The notes under the pieces are model-generated. The model was not told the DNA's origin. It searched no databases and saw only the letters and a list, made by a program, of their open reading frames with translations. DNA of 64,000 bases from Gonapodya sp. JEL0774 (taxonomy: Eukaryota), in contig JADIIX010000033.1 of NCBI GenBank assembly GCA_027604505.1, positions 62,001 to 126,000 of the forward strand. The letters run 5' to 3'. Shown here in pieces: positions 38,301 to 49,539 of the stretch. The position numbers and the translations under genes are program-made. Every line of letters begins with the position of its first letter. Position 1 is the stretch's first letter.

Positions 38301-38496
38301 GTTCCAGGAATCGCATCAGGCATCAGCTCACATGATGTAAGCAACGAGATACGCTCGTGCCATGACCGATACGGACAAGTAATTCGCGGTGACGTCATCT
38401 TCAAACTCACCAGGTCAGAGCGCGCTCTGGGTTATCCTCATCTCCCAGTGCCAGTTCAGAGAGCTTGTGCTTCAATCTTCCCGTTTGACTCGACAT
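35349..38496 (-). CDS. Two-pore-domain (TOK-like) K+ channel, copy B (tandem paralog)
   Basis: WSFNDAFIFTMVTVTT/IGYGN and DAVYFGFSTIT/TIGFGDLHP; shares ESGLEIRxRRDxIFQDPALALAYVS with copy A. Confidence 0.82.
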
Positions 38497-38592
38497 GCTG
38501 ATAAACAAAAAAAAATTTGCACATTTTGGCACTCACAGATCGAAACTGTCGACCTCATCTTACTATGATTTCGACCAGAAAATAAAATAAAT

Positions 38593-41307
38593 TCATCGTT
38601 TCTGTACAATCAGTCCTTTCATCATATCAAACCCATTTCCATCAGGACCAAGTAACACCTCTTCATCCTCCCCAACCACAGATCTTCCAAGAACAACTGC
38701 CGCACCCGACCCATCCCCCACAATTTGCCCGACTCCATGTCTGTCCAAAATCTTGCGACATCTGAGATATCCATTCGAGTCTACCCCGACAATCTTCCAC
38801 TTCCCTTGCAGACCCTCCACACCCACGATCTGGTCCTGGTGGATCCAATACTTTTTGTATCGCTCAACAAGTGGCTCAAAACCCCGCTCGAGATAGAGGG
38901 TATACAAAACAGCGAAGTGGTGGAGGAAACGGGCGAGAACTTTTTCTTGCGTGAAGGGAGCACGCGGTTCTGAAGTCGGGGGCAGTTGTTCAAGCAGGGT
39001 GTTGAGACAAGTGGACGGTTGGCGATTAGCGACATTGAGGCCATGACCTAGAAAGCAAAATTGTGATAACATTGGAGAGTGTTTTGTTGTTGGTCGGAGG
39101 TGATAAGGCGTATCGCAACTCCGACCTTAATTTCAAAACTCAAGACTCACCAACCACCAGCACAAATGTATCATTTACGTAACTTGAGTTCACCAAAATT
39201 CCACCGAGCTTCTTTAAAACCTTTTGTTTGACCTTTTCGCCGTTGTCGTCAACCACTTCGACTGCCTCGTATCCGTACACATCGTTGGGCCACTTCACAA
39301 CCACGGGCATCTCTTCACACCCATCAAAGCTTCTCACAGCCTCTGCCGTGGCAATAGCCACGATGTATTGAACGAACACCACGGAAGGTGCCGACCGGGG
39401 GTGTCGGAGGAGGAAAGAGAATTGCAGGCACCCGGCGGGGGAGATCCACGAGTTGCGCCCGCGGGCTCGGCTGGCGGATTGGTTGGAAGAGACCGCGGTA
39501 AAGCCATCAGGGAGAAAATTGGCGAGGTTTGGGTTTCTGTCGTAGCGGAGAAAAAATCGTGGAGGGGTCTCATCAGTTGATATCCGAAGCGGTCCATCAC
39601 ACTCGTGGACACACGAACTTATCAAGTAGGGTCTGTGTGCTCGGCATCACCTCTCCATACCAAAGTATCCTTCCCAACTTCAGCTTGGGTGCCTCACTTC
39701 CGTATTTCTTCTCAACATCCTTCACCGCCTTCCAATACTCCCCCAAACTAAAGAGTGGCGTAGTCGAGGCAGGTGGATATCCAGTCCTGTACACCACCGT
39801 TGACAGTGTCTGCTTTTTCCCGGGGGGTGGCTGAATCGGGCCAGCAACGGAGGGGGGAACAGTGAGTTTGGGAAGAGAGGAACTGGCACGGGCATCGGCG
39901 TACTGCTGTTTAATGTCTGCGAGTCGAAGTGTCCGGATGAGGTTCTCAGCCTTTTCCACGTCTTTTGATGGAGCAGCGGCTGTCGAATTGCTGATAGCGG
40001 GACGGCCGCCTGATTCGAGGAACTCAAACTCATACGTGAGGTCCTGGAACACTCGCACAGGACTATCATCCACGAGCTTGATCTTCGAATTATCGTATAC
40101 TCCTCTCATCATTGCTCCCGATGCTTCCGGGTCGTAAAAGCTTAGGTGTTGGTTTGAGGCAGGGGGGAAGCCAAACTGCGAGACCACCCCAGCAGCTGAT
40201 ACACGCGGGTTCTCTGAGTCCATGTTCGCGGCAAGTGCTAACGCGTCAAAAATACCCGCTGGACCACCGGCAATGGCGCGGGACAGGAGTGAGAGATGTG
40301 GGTCTGTTGGAGGGAGGGGTTCCGGGGAGAGGACGTCGACGGGTCCTGATATGGAGAGACCCATAGAACGGAAGACGCTTCGAAGCCATGCTTTGCGCTT
40401 GCGTTCCGTCTTCAGAAGCTCTGGAATGACGGCGCTGTCGAGGCGAGAGTCGTGTACTCCCCGTGCGAGCAGATCCCCGTCGTACTCGATGTGCACCCCC
40501 GTGACAAGGGCGACGCCGCGACCAACACGGCAAAGGGCAATAGCGGGTGCGTTCGCGGTACCGTCAAAGACGGGATCAGCGTAGGTAGCCAGAATAGACT
40601 GGGTATGAGACGGTGGGAGGTCGGGGGTGGGCAGGAGGAAGCAACCGCCGTTGTGGTAGATATTGAGTGTGACAGGGGGCGATTGCCGGTCGGCAGCTAC
40701 AGCGGCGTCGTCGGCCAAGTTTGTTGCGATGTGGATTGGTACAGCCCTGGCACCCTCCTCCGAGTCGTAGACGAAACCTGGGAACGCGCTTCCCTTTGCG
40801 ACTCCTCTAAAAAATTGTAGCTTTCGATCTCCGACAACCTCGTAGTTTTTACGCCCGACCTCAAACTCGAGTCGCGTGCACGCAAAGTAGGCGCCTGCAC
40901 AGATACCGAGGTAACGACCGCCTCCGTGGACGTAAGCCGAGATGAGGCTGATTTGCGTTGGGAAAGGTTTCGAAATGAGAGATGGCGAGACAAATTTGGT
41001 TGATGGAGAGAATCAACGACGTTGAATTGCATGCTGAATGAATATCCATTCCGTTCCCTTCCTCCATTGAAAGTGAGTTCTCAACTCACCCCATCCCCTT
41101 CTCCCCGAGTTCCTTGACATAAGGCAGATCCCTTCCACCAGGTACGACAATCATTGCAGCTGAATCGGTCCAGGGCTCTTCAAGAATCGTCTTTGCGTCT
41201 ACCTGCATGACATCGTATGTCGACCCGAGGATCGATTTCAGCGTGGACATGGTGTGCATGACAGAGGATTTGGCCGTACCCGGCCCCGAGTAGACAAGGA
41301 CATTCAT
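38593..41307 (-). CDS. BPL1: Biotin-protein ligase (holocarboxylase synthetase) with N-terminal BPL_N domain
   Basis: MNVLVYSGPG, VPGGRDLPY, YLGICAGAYFAC, RARGRNSWISPAGCLQFS, KWPNDVY, KLGGILVNS, PDGNGFDMMKGLI. Confidence 0.95.
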
Positions 41308-42061
41308 TTTCGGTGTGAGGGATTGAGGAGGTCGAGGGATGCGAGAAAGGTTCAGGAGGGGTGCGGAAGGTGAAGAAGGCGCGAGGTGAGCGAGCGTGGC
41401 AGCGAGTCGAGAAGCCGTTGCTGCGGATTCCTTGCAATTCAAATAAATTCTGCGCGATTCGCTCGTCCGTGACGGAACAAAAGAAGGACGATTTTGATTC
41501 GGTTTAGCTCCGTCGGTTCCGACTTGTTGAAAAGGGGACCCAACTCTGTGGCCTATGCGCGCATGTCATCAACATCGTCATTCTGCACATCAGTGTCATT
41601 TATATCATTCTCTGCACATAAAAAGGCAACACACGCACCATTTACTGGAAGCGGCAGTGCCCGTCTTCATAAAACATGCACGTTTTTCATCCTTTTGTTT
41701 CTGGAGAAGGGGACAACTATCCTGCATGCGATTGTATTCTCGACAACAGGAGGTACATCACATACAACAATTCGGCAATCTCCGCATAGACGCCTCGCAC
41801 TAATGGAAATCGAAATGTCTATGGGAAGCAGCGTGCACACATCTCCAACTAAAATCAATCCCAGCCCGCTATCGCCGGATGACAGAGTCACATAGCACAC
41901 GAGCCACACCATATAGTCCACAACTCATACATGCAAATTGGTCCGCAATATCCATGCACTGACAGCCTTCCAAGCCTCTGAGGTCCCTTCCAAGCGAGCA
42001 GACAACACCCGCAATATGCAGCTGTACCGAATGCACCACCCGCCAATCACACCAGAGCCTA

Positions 42062-42684
42062 TCAACAATCCAAGAAATCGGCAGCCATTAGAACCTCGAG
42101 CGCAAGTTCCTTGTCAATCGGGAACTGCGGTATTTCGCCGGAATACTGGCTGTACTTGGCCAGGTAGTAGAGGTACTTGCACACCAGTTCGAGGATGACG
42201 GCTCTGTGGAGGGAGTGGTTCGTAGCAATTGAGAGGTCGCGGTTAGTTCTGCATTTAGCGCCGTCGAAGAGATTGCGATTCGGTCGAACAAAGCAAGCTC
42301 CGTAACCCCTGCAATCATGATGGGCAAGTCACTACACACGAAAAATTTCTCTCTTCCTCTTCGTGATTCCCATTAGGTGGAGTAGGTATTCGAAACGCAC
42401 TTGATATCTCGAAAGTGAATTTCATTCTGAACGGATTCGGTGAACTGACCTGAGCACAAGAGACAAGAGAAAAGCGACCAGAATTAAGCCAACGCCAGAG
42501 AATAGTGTCGAGAACTTGCAGTCCTCTCGGGAATTCTGAATTGCCAGTGTGGCCTTTGGATCTCACCAGGCGAGGAGAGCATGTTCTTTATCGTTCCAGA
42601 TGCGAGCGCACATCTCCTGTCTATAACGAATTCGAATCCGTCGGCGGAGATGAGTTTTACAGTTTCTGCGATTGCGCCTTCCAT
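42062..42684 (-). CDS. ELC1: Elongin C
   Basis: [32 protein letters not shown] / [15 protein letters not shown] / ...[15 protein letters not shown]. Confidence 0.95.
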
Positions 42685-42847
42685 TTCCTTCAGCTTGAAA
42701 GTAGGAAAGTCGGTTGAACTGGTGCAGGTTTATCCGGCAATCCCATTCGCAATATTTTAATTCCCTTGTTTTTCTGGGCAGACTGACCTGGAAGAAAACG
42801 CGACATACTCAGTTTGGAAAGAGCATTAGCACATCGAGAACAGAGTG

Positions 42848-45582
42848 ATGCCGTCCAAAAAGCAGCGAAACAAGGAGCGGGCTGCGTCGGCCGCTGCTTC
42901 GGCAGCTGCATCTGGACACGACCATTCCCATGGGGACCACGGGGGCCACGGAGACCACGACGGACACGGGGCACACGGGGGACATGGGGGGCACGGTGGA
43001 CACGACCATTCTCACTCGCATTCGGCCCAACCGACGGGGAGCCACGACCCTTCTCACTCCCACCATGATCATTCCCACGGAGACCATGATCACTCCCACG
43101 GAGACCATTCTCACGGCGCTCACGCCGACCATGACGACACTATTTCCTCTTTCTCTACTCCGAGAATGCGTGCCGGGAGCCGCTCAAAACTCCCGCCAAC
43201 TGCTATCGCTTCTCGCGCTCACGAAGATGTCGCTGGCTCCCCTGCCGACCAAGAAGCCGCGCTCACTGACGCGATGATGGCTAAGCAGTCCCTCCAGGAT
43301 CTTCTCAGACTTACCGACCAGTCTGCACTGAGGTCAGGATCTGCATCCCAGCCTGGGACTGCATCAACTACTTCCCAGCAGGAAATAGCGTTCCGCGCCA
43401 TCGCTGCAGCGCTGCAAGCCCAGGGTGCATCCGCAATCACCCCATCCACGCAATCGCCTTCCTCTTCTTCTGCTGGAGTTCCCTCCATGGCTACCCTGCA
43501 GGCTCAGTTACGCGCGGCGTCCGCAATTGCCGCAAAGCACGGAGCTGCAGCAGGAAAAGCTGAATCTAAAGATATTCAGGACCACAAGTTCTGGAGTACC
43601 CAGCCTGTCCCAAAATCGAGTGCGTTATTATCAATGTGTTGCGCTGGGGTTGTCGGAGTACCACGTAATGCCAAAGTGATGCAGTGAAAGAAACGGGATG
43701 GACACAATATCTGGACATTCATCTAAGGGAGTGTCTTGAGTACATCAGATGGAGAGAGCAGGGTTGACACATCAAGTGGTTGAACAGTTGATTCCTATAA
43801 CCCCAAAAAAGCCTCGTCTACGCATAATCTAACATCAAGCTGACCAAAAATCAATCTCTACCCAAACATCCGCAGAATCTGACCTCTCATCATCCGATTC
43901 CGGAGAAGGCCCCATCGAAGCCGATAAGGCCCACGACGAAATCCGGGCTGAACCGTACCCACTCCCGAAGGAATTCGAATGGTGTGTGGTAGATATTGGA
44001 AATGAGGCGGAGGTGAGCAAAAGGGCGTTTCTGATTGGCGATGTGAGGGAGAATGCGTGGAAATTGTCATTTTGCCACTCCTACAGCTTAAAGAACTCTA
44101 CACCCTGCTAACTGAAAACTATGTGGAAGACGACGACGCAATGTTTAGGTTTGACTATTCGGCGGACTTTTTGGCTTGGTACGTTACGTCGCAGATTTTG
44201 AAGATCTATGTCAGATTGACAATTCTAAACTTCATTTAGGGCCCTCAAACCCCCAGGCTGGCTTCCTCAGTGGCACGTTGGTGTGCGCGTGGCAGCGAAT
44301 AAGAAGCTTGTGGCCTTTATAAGTGCCATTCCGGCGAGAGTGAGAGCCAGGGCGAAGTAAGTTGGCTTGCGGCGTATTCCAGACTGCGTCCCCGACGGAC
44401 AGAAAAAGTAATTGTGACGGTTTCAAATGGAGGCATAATGTGCTAGAGGGTGCCAGGAATGAGGATTTCATGTGGCAACCATGCCGGAAGTATGTATCGG
44501 TCTTGGGCGCTAATCCACCGTGTTCTCGTTTTCCAACCGAACCCAGCACAAAAGCCATGGTTGAAATCAACTTCCTCTGCTCTCACAAAAAGCTCCGCTC
44601 TAAGCGCCTCGCCCCTGTCCTCATTCGTGAAATCACTCGCCGCGTTCACCTCACCGGTGTCTTTCAGGCCGTTTACACGGGGGGTGCCCGTCTTCCTACA
44701 CCTGTGTCCACCTGTCGCTACTTTCATCGCTCACTCAACCCCCGCAAGTTGATCGAGTGCGGGTTCTCGCAGTTGGGAAGGAATATGACCATGCAGAGGA
44801 CGTTGAAGCTGTACAAGTTGCCTGATACGGTGGCGACTCCTGGGTGGCGGAAAATGGAGAAGAAGGATATAAAGCGGGTGAGGGAGATGGTGGAAGGGTA
44901 TTTGAGCAGATTTGAGTTGGCGCAAGAGTGGAGCGATGACGAAGTCGAGCACTGGTTTTTGCCCAGAGATGGGGTGGTTGGAAGTTTTGTTGTTGAGGTG
45001 AGTGGGTTGCGTTTGAACGGTCATCAACTCCTGTTCTTGCCCTGACAGAATATATTCAGGACCCAGCCGCGTCTGAGGTGACTGACTTCCTCTCGTTCTA
45101 CTCCCTGCCATCCTCCGTCATCGGCAACGAGCGCCACAAGTCCATCCAAGCAGCGTACATGTTTTACTACGTGCCCAAGGGTTGGGACAAGCAGGGCGAA
45201 CACGCTGATGCGGACAGGAGCGCGAGGTTGCATGAGATTGTAGTGTCAGGGCTGATTACCGCGAGAAATGTGAGTGGTGGTTGGAACGAGAATGAAACGT
45301 TGCCACACTGAGCTGATTGGTACGCGTCCACGCTCATGGTTTCTGTTCCTGCTTATCACTAGCTCGGGTACGACGTGTTTAACTGCCTCAACCTGATGGA
45401 GAATAGCCATTTCCTTGAAGAGCTCAAATTTGGTCGTGGAGACGGCGAACTGAACTACTACCTGTACAATTGGAGGTGAGTGGAAAGAATAGTAAGCTCG
45501 TGAAGTCCAACTCTCACACGTATTTTGCGCTTCAAGGACGTATGAGGTGAAGCCGGAGATGATGGGATTGGTGATGCTGTAG
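42848..45582 (+). CDS. NMT1: Glycylpeptide N-myristoyltransferase with long His-rich N-terminal extension
   Basis: [76 protein letters not shown]. Confidence 0.96.
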
Positions 45583-45706
45583 CATACCTGACTCGCATGT
45601 ATACCTCGGGAAAGAGCACGCTCCACAAAAAATGTACTTTCGCATGGATTACATCAAAAGCTAACATGTGGATTTCCTCTCCAAGAGCCTGCGAACAGTG
45701 ATTCAA

Positions 45707-47099
45707 TTACAATTTGCTTGATTTACTCGCGGCCTTCTCTGATGCCGCTTTCATCTCCAGTGCGCGCCTCTGCAACAATTTTTGTGGAATACCAACTCCA
45801 AAGTGCTCGCTAAGCCTGTCTTGAGACTTCACAATAGCTCGCATACGGTTCTCCCGGAGAGGTGTGACGATGAGGCGTTTGCTGTGATGTGAAGAAGAGT
45901 GCGTGCACAGCAATGAAGTCACCAAGCTGTGACTTGAAGTGCCATGAAGCAACAAAAAATACCATTCAAGGATTGAAGTCGGGTCACATTCTTCCAGCTG
46001 TTGTTTGAGGTAGTCTAAAACCGCCTTGTGGAAGCCCTCATCAGGGAATACACGGCTAGAGCGGAAAAGACAGACTGGAGATCGGAATCAAATTGGCAAG
46101 CACTAGAAGCCGCCCGTACTTGGCCATTCCTATCCGGTGCATGTCTTCTGCTTGAACGCGTTGAGGGAAGAGGAGGAACTCGGCGGTGCGGTGTGCGCCC
46201 TGTTGTAGTGGGAGCGACAATTGGGGAGAGCTTCTCTAACTGGAGGAACTTCAGCTTTCACTCACTATGTGGTCCACAAAAAGAGATGCAGCGCCTGCTT
46301 CTGCAGGCAGTCCCAATCCGGAGAAAGGAACCATCATGTAGGAGCTCTTAGCAACGTACATCAAGTCGGCGCTGCCCAAGAACCAGGCACACGAGCCACC
46401 GACAGCTGGGCCGTTTAGCGCGGCGACTGAAGTTGGTCCCAATGGCTTTAGAGGGCAGAAAATTGTTTAAAGCATGGCGAGTGAGAAGTCTCACCGATAA
46501 CTTTTGTGTGATCGTTCTGGTAATGCATCGCAAATCCGTAAGATGGCAAGGAATGCACCGTTGTAAATTGTCGTACACACCAGCAGTCGCATAAGCTCCA
46601 CAGATGAGGCATTGCCGAGCATATATGCCATCTTGTCTCTGGTGACATCGGGCTCACCGGCAGGTTGACCTGCACCAGCTGCTCGGAGAAATGCTCCCGT
46701 TATTCCAATGCCGCTCAGCATTGCACTATTAACGAGGCTCTCACGTCCAAGCGCTTTGAGGTCAGCTCCAGCGCCAAAGAATCTCCCCTTGCCTGTTATC
46801 TGCCATTGAGGATTATCATCGGAATCGATTTTTCAGTCCCCGAACAATCGATTCATCGCGTACCACGGTGAAAACAATTTTCGGATCCGCTTCAAAATCT
46901 CTCAATGCCTGAGACGTCTCTAAAATAAGATCATTGCTGATGGCATTTGCGGGGGGTCGGTTGAAACTGAACAACATCATGCACGCAGCGTGCTCAATTT
47001 CAACTCAAGTTTGTGAACGAATCATTGGAGACGAACGTACGTGATTACTCCAATCTTTCCATTGGCCTCCTTTGAGACGATGACAGCCTTGTACGTCAT
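45707..47099 (-). CDS. Crotonase-family enoyl-CoA isomerase/hydratase, peroxisomal
   Basis: MTYKAVIVSKEANGKIGVIT/FNRPPANAI, ITGKGRFFGAGADL, ALNGPAVGG, PFSGLGLPAEAG; ends SSKL* (PTS1). Confidence 0.85.
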
Positions 47100-47485
47100 T
47101 ATCCGAAGCAGTGAGAAGTTCAAATTTGTCGGCTCCTAGGCAGGACGTTCCGAAGACTTATTCAACTCGTCCACCCCACCACAATCAAAAATTTCGCACT
47201 CCAGAAAGCAGTGGCTCTAGTCTCGGTTCTCAAATGCATCATGATTTCTTCAATTTCAGCACAATTACCGAGCACCACAAAATTCGACCAATTATTGTGA
47301 AGACTGGAAATTATTCATCCTAAAATGCCAGTGTAACCAAGACACGTTGCATATGTAGACAAAGTCTGTGGTTGGTTTGTTGCCATGCTGACGCCACAAT
47401 GTGCGGTTGACAAAAGGGCGGGTGCAGCCGCTGAGGCAATCAGTCCAGTTCCAAAGTTGGACACTCTTGCTCAACAAACTCGAAG

Positions 47486-49415
47486 ATGGTCAAAATCTCT
47501 GTCGCAACCATCGCCACGGCCTTCGTTGGTGCCCTGGCAAGCATTTCTCAGGCCGCGCCTTTGCTTCAGGCTCTGGGTGAGAGTGATCCTTGCAGTTCCT
47601 CCGCCTGGGCTCCGCCTCATTCTTTACCTTTGTCCGACTCCAGGCGGGATCACTGGCAAGGCCTACAACATCTCGACTCTACAGACCCTCTTCTCAGCTG
47701 CCGTTCTGGGACAAGCCACCTACACCGAATTGAGCACGGCATTGAGTTCCGGAAACTTCACTCTTTTTGTGTAAGTTCCTCTGCTGAATCTGAATGCCTT
47801 TTCAAACTTCCATCCTCTAGCATGCGTAACATTTCTTTCGCTTTTCCTGTTAGCCCAACGGACACTGCTTTCACGAGCCTCTTGACTCAGTAGGTGTTAT
47901 ATGTTAAACTCCCGCTGCCATGCCAACACATACACTCCTTTCTCTCAAACATAGGCTTGGTGTTACGGATGCAGCTGCTTTGGCCAACATTGCTGGCCAA
48001 GTCCTCCAGTACCACGTTTCCACCACGGTTGTGGACACCGCCTACCTTGCCAAGAACAAGAACAGTTTCATCCCGACTGCTCTTGGTAACGATACTCTTT
48101 CAATCATCGACCCTCAAGTCCTCCAGGTACGTGAACCACAAGTCGTTCATTAGCATGTAAATGAATTTTGTTTCGGCCTTTCCTAGGTTGTCAACAACGG
48201 CAATGGTTTGTGAAGAGGTAACCGCAATCCATGATTGGCCCGATTAACTCAGGGATTTGTTTTTAGTTTCGATCCGCTCTGCGTACGGTGTCCCTTCCAA
48301 GGTCATTGACTCCATCCCTGCCGACAACGGCATCATCCATGTCCGTGGGTATTCGGACTGTCAGATCATTCTTGCCGCACTTTGCATTCAACAATACCTC
48401 TTCGCCTACGACAGTCGACACCGTTTTGCTCCCGCCTGGCAACTTGACCACAACTCTTGCCGTGAGTCTGAGTTAGCTGGCGTATGATCATTGCAAGAAA
48501 TTCAGTCGATAACGCGGTCTCCTTTGATTGCAGCTGCTGAGCGCCACCCCGGGCTCCAAGACCAACTTCACTCAGATTCTCGGTTTGTTCACCTCCTTTG
48601 GCGCCGCTTTGCCAGCTGCTTCCGCACTCTCCAAGGACGCACCTGTCACCATGTAAGTTGCACCCTAAGGAAGTGCTCCCATGTCCGTCGATTCTCATAA
48701 CTTCCCAAATCTCTTCGCCCATAGCTTCGTTCCCACTGATGCTGCCGTGACTGCCGCTTCTGCTTCGCTCTCGGCTATCCCCGCTTCCAACCTCACTGCT
48801 GCTGTCGGCGCCATCCTCTCCTACCACAGTAAGCTCACATTATACCGAATAATGTTTCTCAGATTGCTGAAGCATTGTCACTCTGGATCTTTAGTTGTCA
48901 CCGGTGCTGCTGCCTACCTTCCTTCCAGTGGTGCCATCAAGACTTCAGAAGGCGAGAGCGTCAACAGTAAGTGCTCCCCAGATCCAATGTGTCCCAGGAT
49001 GTACGATTCACCGTGGATGAACTTTTCCAGTCGTCAACGATGCTACCGGCGTTTCCGTCAACGGCATTCCCGTTGTGGACACTATCATTTTGACCAACGG
49101 TGTGGCCCACATCATCAACAGCCTACTTGTCCCTCCCACCCTTGCCGCGGCCCTTGGTGGCGGTGCTTCCACTGCTTCAAAGACATCTGCTGCTCAAACA
49201 GTCACTTCAGCTGCCGCTGCCGCCACTTCGGCAGCCTCCTCTACTCCGTCCGCCTCCGCCAGTAAGTTTTAGATTCGCTGGTTTCTTGTGTGCTGCTCTC
49301 ATTTATTCCTGATCATTTTCGTGATGCAGCCCCCAAGGCTGGAAGTGCCAGTGCTGTTACTAGTGGTGTTTTTGGAATGGTTGCCGCTGCAGTCGCCGGT
49401 GTCGCCCTCCTTTAA
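47486..49415 (+). CDS. Fasciclin (FAS1)-domain secreted, probably GPI-anchored protein
   Basis: Signal peptide; TLF/PTDTAF, QVLQYHV, ADNGIIH/VDTVL, FVPTDAA, NGVAHIINSLL; S/A-rich linker and hydrophobic tail. Confidence 0.85.
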
Positions 49416-49539
49416 ATAAGATGATTGTTGCTATTTCGATGGTACTGAGGGGAGTCGCGCGTAGTTTTACAATACGAAAAAGGGAAGGAACTAAATGTCT
49501 TGATCCCGAAGCTCATTTTAAATTCGTGATAACATTACA

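Noticed and set aside
41494..42060. Cys-containing ORFs (RRLCGDCRIV) reminiscent of ribosomal protein bL36
   Set aside because: The rest of the bL36 pattern is missing; likely ELC1 3' UTR or BPL1 promoter
43620..44530. Longer NMT1 introns as possible snoRNA hosts
   Set aside because: No convincing paired C/D boxes or H/ACA structure identifiable by eye
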